Shown here piece by piece: positions 26,218-36,478 of a stretch of DNA of 64,000 bases. Position 1 is the stretch's first letter; each line of letters starts with the position of its first letter. The stretch covers positions 585,214 through 649,213 of the forward strand of contig CAWKHA010000004.1 of assembly GCA_963849365.1 (NCBI GenBank), in the 5' to 3' direction. The notes beneath the pieces are model-generated. The model was not told where the DNA came from. It searched no databases and was given only the letters and a program-made list of their open reading frames with translations. Made by a program: the position numbers and the translations under genes. The stretch is from an uncultured Actinomycetota bacterium (GTDB lineage: Bacteria; Actinomycetota; Actinomycetes; Prado026).

Positions 26218-27504
26218 GTGAGCGATCACCCGCGCGCGCCCGAAGGGGCGCCTCCCAGGCGTCGGCCCGGGCTCACCGGTGATGGGCGCCGGGTGGTCTG
26301 GGCCCAGGCCCTCCGCGCGGCCGGGTACGGGTTCACGTCCGTGCTCCTGGGCCGCTTGCTGGCGGACCGTGGTGCCTCGCCGACCGTCGTCGGGCTGCTG
26401 CTCGCCGCGCTGGTGGCCGGGTCGGCGATCTCGTCGCTGGTGGTCGGCCGCTTCGGCGACTTGGTGGGTCGCCGCCGCTCGTACGCGCTGATCTCCCTGG
26501 GGATCGCCGGCACCGGCGTGGTGGTGGCTCTCGGCGCCCCGGTATGGGTGATCGCCGTGGTCGCCCTGACCGGGACACTGTCCACCGACGTCGTCGACAA
26601 CGGGCCCGCGACCACGTTGGAGCAGGCGATGCTCGCGGCCGAGGACGGCGGCAGGTCGGGGGCCCGGGCGCTCGGGGTCTACAACGCCGTCGGCTACGCG
26701 GCGGGTGCCCTGGGCGCGTTGGCGCAAGGTGGTCTGTCGCTGCTGACGAACGGCCCGATGAGCGCGGTGGCGTTCGTGGTCCTGGTCCCGGTAGGCTTGG
26801 CCGGGGCGGCGCTGGCGTGGTCGTTGAGTGCTCGGGTCGAACCCGAGCCGCCCCAGCGCGACCGGCCCGACGGGGCGCGCCGCGAGCGTCGCCGGTTGGG
26901 GCCGTCCCGCCGGCGTGTGTTCGGGCTCGCGGGACTGTTCGCCGTCGACGCTGCCGGTGGCGGGTTGATCACCACGACGTTCCTGTCCTACTACCTGACC
27001 AGCCGCTACGGTGCGGCCCCCTTCGGCCTGGGGGTGCTGTTCTTCAGCATCACCGTCGTGCAGGCCGTCAGCGTCCTGCTCGCGCCGCGGTTGGCCGACC
27101 GGTTCGGGCTGATCCCCACCATGGTCGGCACGCACCTGCCGAGCAACCTGCTGCTGGCCGCTGCCGCCTTCGCTCCGACCCTGGCGTGGGCGTCGGTCCT
27201 GCTGCTGGCACGGAGCCTGCTGTCGCAGATGGACGTCCCGACCAGGCAGGCTCTGGTGATGGCCGTCGTCACTCCGGCGGAGCGCACCCCCGCCGCCGCG
27301 ACGACGAACGCCGCCCGGTACGTCGTGCGGCCGCCCAGCGCGACCTGCTGGAGGCCGGCAGCACATCGGCTCCACCCTCCCAGCCGAACGGGCGCCGACG
27401 CCGACGCCCGACGCCCAGGGCGACAGGAGCCCTTGACTCAGCGCTGTCTGAGCCGGGCGACCGCACCGGCCGTCACCGCGACGAACACGACGTCGCGGTT
27501 GTAG
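26218..27504 (+). CDS. MFS transporter with degenerate C-terminus (only ~10 TM helices; possible pseudogene)
   Basis: 10 predicted TM then ...TNAARYVVRP followed by non-hydrophobic Arg/Pro-rich tail in all three frames. Confidence 0.6.
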   Translation: MSDHPRAPEGAPPRRRPGLTGDGRRVVWAQALRAAGYGFTSVLLGRLLADRGASPTVVGLLLAALVAGSAISSLVVGRFGDLVGRRRSYALISLGIAGTGVVVALGAPVWVIAVVALTGTLSTDVVDNGPATTLEQAMLAAEDGGRSGARALGVYNAVGYAAGALGALAQGGLSLLTNGPMSAVAFVVLVPVGLAGAALAWSLSARVEPEPPQRDRPDGARRERRRLGPSRRRVFGLAGLFAVDAAGGGLITTTFLSYYLTSRYGAAPFGLGVLFFSITVVQAVSVLLAPRLADRFGLIPTMVGTHLPSNLLLAAAAFAPTLAWASVLLLARSLLSQMDVPTRQALVMAVVTPAERTPAAATTNAARYVVRPPSATCWRPAAHRLHPPSRTGADADARRPGRQEPLTQRCLSRATAPAVTATNTTSRL

Positions 27505-30002
27505 TCGCTGTGGCCACGGATCGGCGGGTCCTCGATGTCACCCCGGGGCGGTGCCAGCCCGGTGGGGTCGACCAGTGGTCGTTCGTCTACGTGCAGCTCG
27601 CCACCGACGTTGGGCACGACAACCTTGACGGGGTAGCCGAGCGGGTCCGTCGGGCGGTACAGGCTGCGCCAGCGCAGCCACGTCGGATGACTCACCGTGC
27701 CGACCAGCTTTCCGCCGATCGCCTCCAGCTCGGTGGGACCGAAGAAGAACGGGAAGACACGGCCGTACAGCGCCCTGAGCTGGGTGCCGTAGCTCAGCAG
27801 GAACACCCTGGCCTGCTTGCTCTCAGGGAGCTGCAGGATGGTGGCCACGGCGAGCACGGCGCCCTGGCTGTGCCCGGACAGGACATAGCCGGGGCGGTGG
27901 TCGACGTCGTTCGCGATGCGGGTGACCAGCTGGGGGACGCAGCGCTCCGCGTAGCAGGGCGGAGCCAGCGGGTGCCCGGCGCGTGGCCAGAACGTCGCGA
28001 GGTCCCAGATGATCGCGACACCTCGGCGCCGCGGGTCCGCGCGGTACACCAGCGTGCCGAGCAGCATGACGAACAGCAGCAACAGCAGGCTGAGCCGCAC
28101 ACCGACGTTGCGTACCGGTCCGGCCCACGGACCTGCCCATCCCACATCCACACGAGTCGTCGCTACGGAGATGCCGAGCACGACCTCCACGACCGCGAAG
28201 AGCATCAGCACGCCGATGTACGTCAGCAGCCGGTCCTGCATGAAGTCGTGGAAGGCACGGTGCCTCGTCACGGCCAGCTCGCGCCGTCGTTCGTGCGTGG
28301 TCAGCCCGGTGGCACCCCGCGCCTCGCGGTAGGCGCGCCCTCGGCGTGAGATGAAGTACATGGTCCAACCGGCCGCGATCACGACGGCGACCAGGAAGAA
28401 CGGCAGCCCGAGAGCCGCCCACTGGAACGGAAGCGGCAGCTCGACCCGCGGTCTCCCGTCGGGTCCGACGAGCCCGTTGCTCAGCCAGTCGGCTGCGAAG
28501 AACAGGACTCCCGAGGAGTAGAGCAGGGCGAGCAGCCAGCCGAGCATCATCAGGAGCGGACCACCCAGCAACCGCCAGGCCTGACCTCCCGCGTCGGCAC
28601 CGCCGGTGCCGGTGGTGGGGACGAGCAGGACCAGCGCACAGAGCACAGTCAGCGGGACGGCGACGACCCAGAACACGGCGTGCCCGCCGAGCAGCTCGGA
28701 CCGCCCCGATGCTGCGTCGAGCTTCAGCCAGGACGACAACGGCAGGCCGTCAACCGTGTTCGCTGCGACGAACCAGAACATCAGCAGCAGGACGAGCACC
28801 AGGCCGACGGTGAACGGGGACGTCCAGCGCTGCCCGGCAGCCAGACCGATCAGGAGCAGGAACTGCGCGGCGAACAGCAGCAGCACCGACTCGGAGTAAC
28901 CGGGGAAGTCGAGGTGACCCTTGCGGTCCAGCCCGATGCCCGGAAGAGCGCAGAGGTAAATCACCGTCGCCGGCACGGCGAGCGCGAAGCCGAGTATGAC
29001 CAGAGCGCGCATCGCCTGCCAGGACCCGGAAGCCTCACCCGGTGCCTGCCTCACCGTGACGTCGCTCGGCAGCAGCGACGTGGCGCACAGGAGCAGGACC
29101 AGGACCAGCGCGACGACGATCGCGCGCGCGATCCATCGACCGGCCGGCTCGGGGACGGTCGCCCGTCCGAGCCCGACGGGCGCGAGGGTCATGAGACACG
29201 CCGCCGATATTCCGGCGACGAGGTGCAGCCAGGCGAGCCTGCGCGCCTGGGTCTCACCGCGCCAGAACCACCTGCTCTCGAACGCGGACACCTCGGTCGG
29301 CTCGGACGGCACAGGTCCTGCCGGCCCGGTGTGCTGCACCGTGGCCTCGTACTGGAACGAGCGACGGGCGACCAGCCACACCAGCAGCATGACCGCGAGC
29401 GGGACGGCCAGCGCCGCTGCCAGCGGTCGGGTGCCGTGGCTCCACCACCCATCGTGCAGGAAGGCCAGCTGCGTGACCCACCGGACCTGCGTCGGGTCGT
29501 CGTACCCGAGCCACTGCCAGGCCAGCAGGTCGACCGACACGCCGGTCGCGGCCAGGCTCAGCGTGACGGTCAGGCTCAGCGCGAAGAGCCGCGAGAAGAA
29601 CGACGCGACGCCGGTCGTCTCCGAGAGAGTCCAGCTCTGCCTGCCCGGCAGGTTCTTCCTGGCCCAGAACCCGACGTTGGCGAAGGCGAACGGCAGCAGG
29701 GTCATCCAGAGCCCGCGGCTCAGGTCCTTCTTCGCGCGTACCCCGCCGGTCAGCTGCCCCCAGCTGTACGCCTGGGTGTCGACCGTCGGATCGAGCGGAC
29801 GGACCCGTCGGTAGAACGCCGTCGAGTCGTCCCCGGCCACGCGCTCGATCTGGCTCTCGTCCTGCAGGCCGAGCGTGAACTGCGGTGGCGTGTTGGAAAC
29901 CCCGTGGATCCGGATCTCCAGGACGGGCGGGGCGGCTGTACCCGCTCCCGCGCCCGGGACTTCGCCCGCTCCAGCAGACATCGGCCCCCCGAAGATGATC
30001 AC
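27438..30002 (-). CDS. polytopic membrane protein carrying a split alpha/beta-hydrolase fold (N-terminal HG oxyanion segment, ~12 TM insert, C-terminal GHSQG/Asp/His)
   Basis: 854 aa; EIRIHGVSNTPP near N-terminus; GYVLSGHSQGAVLA and RGHSDY near C-terminus; GTG start. Confidence 0.6.
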   Translation of the reverse strand: MIIFGGPMSAGAGEVPGAGAGTAAPPVLEIRIHGVSNTPPQFTLGLQDESQIERVAGDDSTAFYRRVRPLDPTVDTQAYSWGQLTGGVRAKKDLSRGLWMTLLPFAFANVGFWARKNLPGRQSWTLSETTGVASFFSRLFALSLTVTLSLAATGVSVDLLAWQWLGYDDPTQVRWVTQLAFLHDGWWSHGTRPLAAALAVPLAVMLLVWLVARRSFQYEATVQHTGPAGPVPSEPTEVSAFESRWFWRGETQARRLAWLHLVAGISAACLMTLAPVGLGRATVPEPAGRWIARAIVVALVLVLLLCATSLLPSDVTVRQAPGEASGSWQAMRALVILGFALAVPATVIYLCALPGIGLDRKGHLDFPGYSESVLLLFAAQFLLLIGLAAGQRWTSPFTVGLVLVLLLMFWFVAANTVDGLPLSSWLKLDAASGRSELLGGHAVFWVVAVPLTVLCALVLLVPTTGTGGADAGGQAWRLLGGPLLMMLGWLLALLYSSGVLFFAADWLSNGLVGPDGRPRVELPLPFQWAALGLPFFLVAVVIAAGWTMYFISRRGRAYREARGATGLTTHERRRELAVTRHRAFHDFMQDRLLTYIGVLMLFAVVEVVLGISVATTRVDVGWAGPWAGPVRNVGVRLSLLLLLFVMLLGTLVYRADPRRRGVAIIWDLATFWPRAGHPLAPPCYAERCVPQLVTRIANDVDHRPGYVLSGHSQGAVLAVATILQLPESKQARVFLLSYGTQLRALYGRVFPFFFGPTELEAIGGKLVGTVSHPTWLRWRSLYRPTDPLGYPVKVVVPNVGGELHVDERPLVDPTGLAPPRGDIEDPPIRGHSDYNRDVVFVAVTAGAVARLRQR

Positions 30003-30109
30003 CGAACCCGTCCCCGGCGATCATCCTCCGCCGATACCGATGTGGGAAGCCCGCTTCGGTGGTTCTTCCACGCTCCACTCGCACGCACTCCAGGCCGTGC
30101 GCGAAGCGC

Positions 30110-30739
30110 TCAGCGGGTCGGCTCGACCGGGGGTTCGAGGCCCGGCGCACCAGCCGCACCGGGCTCGGGCCGTCCACCGAACTCCTGCCTCGCGTGCTCG
30201 GTCAGCGTGTCCAGCTGGCCGCCGATCGAGTCCGTCAACCGGGTCACGAGCCGGGTGAGGGTCTCGACGTCGCCGCGGTCCCAGCCGGCGAGCACCTTGC
30301 GCGTCAGGAACCGCCGCATCGCCTTCGAGTCCGCCACCACCTGGCAGCCCAGGTAGGTCAGCGACACGGTCGTACGACGGCGGTCGACCGGGTCCTCACC
30401 CCGGACCAGCAGGCCGTCGGCCTCCGCCTCCCCGAGCAGACGGCTGACGGTCGAGTGCTCTAGCTCCAGGGCAGCGGCCACGTCCTTGACCGTGACCGAC
30501 CCACCCGCCTCGGTCAGCTCGGCGACCGCGTCGCAGGCGAACACCTTGGCGATGTCGACCGGGCGGCCCAGCGACGGGATCGGGATCACGGCCTGCGGCG
30601 GCTTCATCATGGTGCGACGCAGCCGGCGGAATCCTCGGTCCAGAGTGTCGACCAGGTCGTCCGGCAGGGCCGTCTCGTCGGCCCCGTCTGACGGCCCACC
30701 CGGGATGGCGGTTGACGGCACGGTCGGGTTCGCGATCAC
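30110..30739 (-). CDS. MarR-family transcriptional regulator
   Basis: LVDTLDRGFRRLRR ... wHTH; GTG start chosen downstream of G-rich RBS (start uncertain within 30608-30790). Confidence 0.65.
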   Translation of the reverse strand: MIANPTVPSTAIPGGPSDGADETALPDDLVDTLDRGFRRLRRTMMKPPQAVIPIPSLGRPVDIAKVFACDAVAELTEAGGSVTVKDVAAALELEHSTVSRLLGEAEADGLLVRGEDPVDRRRTTVSLTYLGCQVVADSKAMRRFLTRKVLAGWDRGDVETLTRLVTRLTDSIGGQLDTLTEHARQEFGGRPEPGAAGAPGLEPPVEPTR

Positions 30740-30789
30740 GCGCCTCACCCCCTGACTGTTCACCTTCGGGGACACGAAACGGGATTGCC

Positions 30790-30842
30790 TGTGTCGCACA
30801 CATAGTCTAGCGTGCCGGAAGACCCTATGTGAGGCACATGTG
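30790..30842. promoter_or_regulatory. AT-rich palindromes TGTGT-cgc-ACACA and ATGTG-agg-CACAT/CACATGTG in the MarR/MmpL divergent intergenic region
   Basis: Seen in sequence. Confidence 0.4.
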
Positions 30843-30875
30843 TCGCCGTGCGCGGCGCTCCGGAAGGTGGACGTG

Positions 30876-33347
30876 ATGGGCCGGGTATCGCAGTGGGCGG
30901 TCCGCCGCCCCTGGTATGCGTTGGTGACCTGGATCGGGATCATGCTCCTGGTCGGGATCCTCGGAGTCAGGTTCGGCGGCGACTACAACGACAACTTCGA
31001 GCTTCCCGACACCGAGTCGACGACCGCGCAGGATCTCCTGTCCAACCTGTCCGGCGGTGCCGGGACCGGTGCCGGGCTGGACGGCCAGGTCGTCTGGAAG
31101 TCCGAGTCCGGCAAGGCCACCGAAGGCCAGGCGGCGACCTCGATGAAGGCGCTGCTCACCGGGCTGTCCACCTCGCCGGGCGTGGCCTGCGTGATCACGC
31201 CGTTCGGAGACCCGCTGGGCACCGCGTGCCCACAGCAGCCGGCCGGCCAGGGTCAGCAGAGCGGAGGGGCAGGACAGGGTGAGCAGCCACAGCTCTCGCC
31301 GGCCGCGGAGGGCGCGATGGCGCACTTCGGCCAGGCCGGGGTGAGCCCCGACGGCACCATCGCCTACGGCACGGTCACGTTCAAGGGCAAGGACTTCAAC
31401 GACCTGAGCACCGCTGACGCCACCAAGGCGTTGGACAAGATCAAGGCACAGAACGGCAAGGACGGGCTCGAGGTCGGCGCCAACGGCGTGTTCGGCTTCG
31501 TCGGCGGTGAGCCGCCGTCGTCCGAGAGCATCGGCGTGACCGTCGCTCTGGTGATCCTGCTGTTCGCCTTCGGTTCGATCCTGGGCGCGTTCCTGCCGAT
31601 CGTCTCGGCCGCGATGTCCGTGGCGCTCGCGACCACGTTCGCCCTGCCGCTCGTGGCGCGGTTCTTCGACGTCGCGACGTTCGCGCCGATCCTGGCCTCG
31701 ATGATCGGCCTCGGGGTCGGCATCGACTACTCGCTCTTCGTCATCAACCGGTACCGCGAGGCGATCATCCACGGCCGCCCGCCGCGCGAGGCCGCACTGG
31801 AGTCGGTCCGTACGTCGGGTCGCGCCGTGCAGTTCGCCGCAGCGACGGTGATCATCGCGTTGCTCGGCCTGTTCGTCATGCGGATCACGTTCTTCAACGG
31901 CATCGCAGTTGCGGCCGCTGTCACCGTCTTCACGGTGATGGTGGGAGCGCTGCTGCTGCTGCCTGCTGTCCTGTCGTTGCTGGGCACCTGGGCGTTCGTC
32001 GGCCGGATGGCCTGGATCACCGACCAGGAGGCCATCCCGAAGCAACGCCTAACCGGCATACGGCACACAGTGGGGCGGCTCCTTCGGTACCTCGGCTGGG
32101 TGCTCTACTTCCCGGTCACCCTGATCGGGCTGGTCTGGCGCCGGCTCGTGCACCACGGCACGGCACCGGACCCGCACCGACCCAACGCTTTCGCGCGGTA
32201 CGGCAACTGGCTGCAGAAGCGGCCCTGGCTGACCGGCGCTTTCGCGCTCGTGGTCATGCTCGTGATCGCCCTTCCGATGCTCTCGCTGCGCCTGGGCTTC
32301 TCCGACGACTCAGGAACCCCGCAGGGCAGCTCGCCGCGGATCGCGTACGACCTGACCGCCAAGGGCTTCGGGCCGGGAGTCAACGGACCGTTCTACCTCG
32401 CGGTCAAGCTCCCGAAGGCCGGCGACCAAGCGTCGGTCACTGCGTTGACCGACGCGCTGAACAAGGACCCTGGCGTGGCGCTGGCCGCCGCGGCGCCGGT
32501 CGCCGCGGAGGCCACGGTCGCGCCGATCCAGGTGTTCCCGAAGACGGCGCCGCAGGACAAGGCGACGACCGACCTGCTGTTCCACTTGCGCGAGGACGTC
32601 ATCCCGACAGCCACGGCAGGCACCGGGGCCAAGGCGTACGTCGGCGGCTTCCAGGCCGTGACCGTCGACTTCACCCAGGTGCTGCAGAACGCGCTGCCGT
32701 GGTTCCTGCTGATCGTCGTGGGCCTCGGCTTCCTTGCCATGGTGGTCCTGTTCCGGTCGATCCTGGTGCCCGCGACCGGTGCACTGTCCAGCCTGCTGTC
32801 GCTGGGTGCGGCTCTCGGCATCACCGTGGCCGTGTTCCAGTGGGGCTGGTTCCAGAACGTGATCAAGCTGGAGGCGACCGGACCGATCTTCCCGTTCCTG
32901 CCGGTCATGGTGTTCTCGATCCTGTTCGGGTTGTCGTGTGACTACCAGGTGTTCCTGGTGAGCCGCATGCACGAGGAGTGGGTCAACACCGCCGACAACC
33001 GCAAGGCGGTACGCCGCGGGCTCGCCGGTTCCGGCCGGGTGGTGGCGATCGCGGCGGCGATCATGACGAGCGTGTTCGGCGCCTTCATCCTCGGCAACGA
33101 CGCCATCATCAAGCTGTTCGGCGTCGCGCTGTCGACTGCCGTGCTGCTCGACGCGTTCGTTGTCCGGCTGATCCTCATCCCGTCGTTGATGACGATCTTC
33201 GGCAAGGCGAACTGGTGGCTGCCAGCCTGGCTGGAGAGGCTGCTGCCGCACATCAGTGTCGAGTCCGAGCGCGATGTGGAGGCCGGCGCCGCTGAGATCG
33301 TGGACATCAGCGAGCCGGGTGAGGAGACCGAGCCGGCGCGCGTCTGA
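30876..33347 (+). CDS. MMPL-family (RND superfamily) membrane transporter
   Basis: 823 aa, two 6-TM bundles with large periplasmic loops, GGAAGG RBS 8 nt upstream of ATG. Confidence 0.85.
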   Translation: MGRVSQWAVRRPWYALVTWIGIMLLVGILGVRFGGDYNDNFELPDTESTTAQDLLSNLSGGAGTGAGLDGQVVWKSESGKATEGQAATSMKALLTGLSTSPGVACVITPFGDPLGTACPQQPAGQGQQSGGAGQGEQPQLSPAAEGAMAHFGQAGVSPDGTIAYGTVTFKGKDFNDLSTADATKALDKIKAQNGKDGLEVGANGVFGFVGGEPPSSESIGVTVALVILLFAFGSILGAFLPIVSAAMSVALATTFALPLVARFFDVATFAPILASMIGLGVGIDYSLFVINRYREAIIHGRPPREAALESVRTSGRAVQFAAATVIIALLGLFVMRITFFNGIAVAAAVTVFTVMVGALLLLPAVLSLLGTWAFVGRMAWITDQEAIPKQRLTGIRHTVGRLLRYLGWVLYFPVTLIGLVWRRLVHHGTAPDPHRPNAFARYGNWLQKRPWLTGAFALVVMLVIALPMLSLRLGFSDDSGTPQGSSPRIAYDLTAKGFGPGVNGPFYLAVKLPKAGDQASVTALTDALNKDPGVALAAAAPVAAEATVAPIQVFPKTAPQDKATTDLLFHLREDVIPTATAGTGAKAYVGGFQAVTVDFTQVLQNALPWFLLIVVGLGFLAMVVLFRSILVPATGALSSLLSLGAALGITVAVFQWGWFQNVIKLEATGPIFPFLPVMVFSILFGLSCDYQVFLVSRMHEEWVNTADNRKAVRRGLAGSGRVVAIAAAIMTSVFGAFILGNDAIIKLFGVALSTAVLLDAFVVRLILIPSLMTIFGKANWWLPAWLERLLPHISVESERDVEAGAAEIVDISEPGEETEPARV

Positions 33348-33472
33348 CCGCAGGACAGAGCCGCTTTCCTCGTAGGTGCCACCGCCCGACGAGAGGGCAG
33401 TCGGAAGAAGCAGCGGACTCCGAACCAGTCCTCGGCCATGCCCATATCCTGCCGAAGCGTGGGCCAGTCCAG

Positions 33473-33494
33473 GCGCCCTGCAACGGCAGGGCGC
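33473..33494. terminator. hairpin GCGCCCTGC-aacg-GCAGGGCGC downstream of mmpL
   Basis: Perfect 9-bp arms seen in sequence. Confidence 0.35.
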
Positions 33495-33553
33495 AGCTCG
33501 GGTGACGCCGAATCGCTATGGGCCCGCACGTTGAATGCCGGAGGATGGACCCC

Positions 33554-33997
33554 ATGTCACATGTACGACGTTTCGACCATGTCGGTATTACCGTTGCGGA
33601 CCTCGACACGGTGACCTCATTCTTCGTCGGGCTGGGTCTCGAAGTCGAAGGCACGCCGATGTTCGTGGAGGGAGAGTTCCTGGACACGGTCATCGGTATA
33701 CCCGACTCCCGCACCGAGATCGTCATGCTGCGGCCGCCCGACGGAGGTACCCGGCTGGAGCTCTCGAGCTTCATCCGGCCCGACCATCAGCCCGGATCGC
33801 CCGCCGCGATGGCCAACGAGCTGGGGCTGCGCAACGTGGCCTTCGAGGTGGACGACCTCCAGGCGGCCGTCGACCGGCTGGCCGCGGACGGCTACGGGCT
33901 GGTCGGCGACATCGGCCAGTACGAGCACATCTGGCGCATGGCCTACGTTCGCGGCCCGGAGGGGATCATCGTGTCGCTGGCCGAGCGGATCGGCTGA
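33554..33997 (+). CDS. VOC-family (glyoxalase/bleomycin-resistance fold) protein
   Basis: MSHVRRFDHVGITVADLD... Confidence 0.7.
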   Translation: MSHVRRFDHVGITVADLDTVTSFFVGLGLEVEGTPMFVEGEFLDTVIGIPDSRTEIVMLRPPDGGTRLELSSFIRPDHQPGSPAAMANELGLRNVAFEVDDLQAAVDRLAADGYGLVGDIGQYEHIWRMAYVRGPEGIIVSLAERIG

Positions 33998-34042
33998 CCC
34001 GTCTTCAGCCGCGCCGACCTCACCGGTGACGCCCGCCTCCGG

Positions 34043-34766
34043 CTAGTCGCGACGGTCCTCGGAGCCTGGGTTCTCGACCAGCACTCGCCCGACGACCAGC
34101 GGATCAGCGGGAGCAGGCGGGACGGACCCGTCGGGCCACGTGGCGATGCACACCCGGTTGCCGGCGCGGTCGGCGAGGATCCAGTTCGCAGGGGCGTCGG
34201 CGTCGTTCGACGATGCGGCCTCCTGCGGCAAGGGCCGCCGCCACACGTGCCTCGGCGTGCTCTCGGGCGACGGACACGTCGACGTGCATGGCGTGCCGGA
34301 GCGGCTTGTCCGGGTCGAGCTCTTGCATCCAGACCGTCGAGCCGTGGCCAAGCGGGTCGATGGCGTTGTCGTCGTCCTGCCGTGCGTAGCCGAGGACAGC
34401 GCGCCAGAAGCCGACATCGACCGCGTCGGGCTTCGCAGCTATCGCCAAGTGAACCTCGTGCACACCTGTTCGGTCGGCGACGGCACCAAGGCTCCTCGCC
34501 ACCGCCGAGACGGCCCGCGCAAGGTCGATGTGCCGCTCCTCCACCCGAAACACACCGCGGCTCAGCCGCACGCTGAGACCGTCGTCGGCGATCGTCAACA
34601 GAGCCGCCGAGCCCTCGAGGCCGGGGACCTGGGTGATTGCCTCGGCGAGCTGCGCCGCTGAGCGGAGCGACGGGACGCGGAACACAGCAGTCGCACCGCC
34701 GTGCAACACCACCCAGTCGTCAACGCCTTCCGCGGCGAGGAACGCCTGCCACCCCTGCTCGCTCAT
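34043..34766 (-). pseudogene. PCD-like/VOC-like two-domain protein, copy 1, 1-nt frameshift near 34198
   Basis: Track ORF 34104..34766 matches paralog 48523..49194 through ...AAGGRIV. Remainder (DADAPANWILADRAGNRVCIATWPDG...) lies in the frame of ORF 34043..34417. Copy 1 has 25 nt where copy 2 has 24. Confidence 0.5.
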
Positions 34767-35336
34767 GCCGACCTCCCACAGGGAACGTGGTTGAACAGCA
34801 CGACGTCGGCCATCTTCGGCTCCTGATCCTACGTCGGCAATCGAGGCAACCCGGAGGTGCGCAGTTCGACGGTGGAGCGCATCCCGGACGATCTGCGTCC
34901 GGAACCGCTCGACAACCGCTCATCGACATGCGCGTGATCCGGGGGCGATCGGTACTGCCGGATCTGATCAGCCCCGTAACGGGTCCCCTCTGTGCGCCAT
35001 GGGGCCTGACAGTTGACGACGTGTTCCGCCGTGTCCCCTGGGGTCAGTCCTCCCAGGTCCATCGGACCTTGCCATTCCCCGAGCTGGCTCCTGTGCATGT
35101 TCGGGTCAAGGATCATGACCGCTCGCCAGGTCAGCGATGCCTGCGGAACCGGCAGGTCCGATCCGTTGGCCGCGGTGACCCACAAAGTGGGCCACGCGCG
35201 ACGTTCCCTCGATCCCGAAGAACGGCGGAATCGCTTGCATTCTGCGGTGACTGAGACCTCCGTGACTGGCCACATTGTGGGGAAGAACTTTGGCCAGTCT
35301 TGGACCCCCGAGTGGCGCGCGGGATAGCGTGGGCCG

Positions 35337-35915
35337 GTGAGCAGTGACCCGTACCAGCAGTGGGCCCTGGTCGTCGTCGATGTCCAGCAGGGTTTCGACG
35401 ACCCCTACTGGGGGGCTCGCAACAATCCCGACTGCGATCGCAATATCGCAGCACTCGTCGAGGCGTGGTCTGCCAACGGCCGCCCGCTTGTCTACGTCAG
35501 ACACGACTCGGTCGAGGACGGCTCGCCGCTCGACCGCGAGCGCGCTGGCAACCAGCTCAAGCCGTACCTGACGGCGACTCCCGACCTGATCGTGTCGAAG
35601 TCGGTGAACTCGGCTTTCCACGGCGCACCCGACCTGCACGCGTGGCTGGTCGCCCAGCGAACCGCTGGCATCGTCGTCTGCGGAATCACGACCAACCATT
35701 GCTGCGAGACGACGGCCCGTGTCGGCGGCAACCTGGGCCATGACGTGCTGTTCGCCCTCGACGCGACTCACACGTTTGATCGGGCCGGACCCGACGGCCG
35801 CACCATGACCGCCGACGAGTTGGCCCGTGCCACGGCAACTAACCTCCACGGCGAGTTCGCCACGGTCACCCGAACCGCCGACCTCCTCGCCGGGGTCGCG
35901 CGCGTCCTCGACTGA
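35337..35915 (+). CDS. isochorismatase-family cysteine hydrolase
   Basis: VVVDVQQGF ... IVVCGITTNHCCETTARVGG. Confidence 0.75.
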   Translation: MSSDPYQQWALVVVDVQQGFDDPYWGARNNPDCDRNIAALVEAWSANGRPLVYVRHDSVEDGSPLDRERAGNQLKPYLTATPDLIVSKSVNSAFHGAPDLHAWLVAQRTAGIVVCGITTNHCCETTARVGGNLGHDVLFALDATHTFDRAGPDGRTMTADELARATATNLHGEFATVTRTADLLAGVARVLD

Positions 35916-36478
35916 CCCACCGTCGACGCCGCGCGCCGCGACGCAGGCCGGGCTCCGCGCGTCGCGCCGTGCGGTTCGCGGCGATCATCGGCAGTATTCG
36001 GGGCATGCCATCGCCGACCCCGACAGACCTCCTGCCAGGCCTGCCCGCGCACCGCGTCGCATTGTCGGGCTACACATCCCGTGCCGACGCTGAAGGCAAA
36101 GTGATGACCACAGCCGACGCCGCGAGCCTGTCGGATTCTGTCCTGCTCCAACTCTCGCTCGCGCAGGTTCTTGCCCTGTCGTAGCGCCACGACGCTAAAC
36201 GCACCGGTGACCACGAACGCACCGACAGTGCCAACGGCTTCGACCCAAGCTGCGGGCCTCGCTCACGCGCCGAGCGTAGAGCCGCTGCCCGCCCTCACTC
36301 TGGAGAACACGCTCCGGGTCCAACGTGGGTTACGCGACGTTCTCGATCATCCCGTCCGCGGCGCTTCCAGCAGTCCCTCATCCGCCAGACCTCGGCCCCG
36401 ACGACCCAGGCCGGCGCCCAGGCCAACCGGTGCCGGCTGGCCAGCTCCCGCCCGTGCATCACTTCTGTCTCCCACGGG

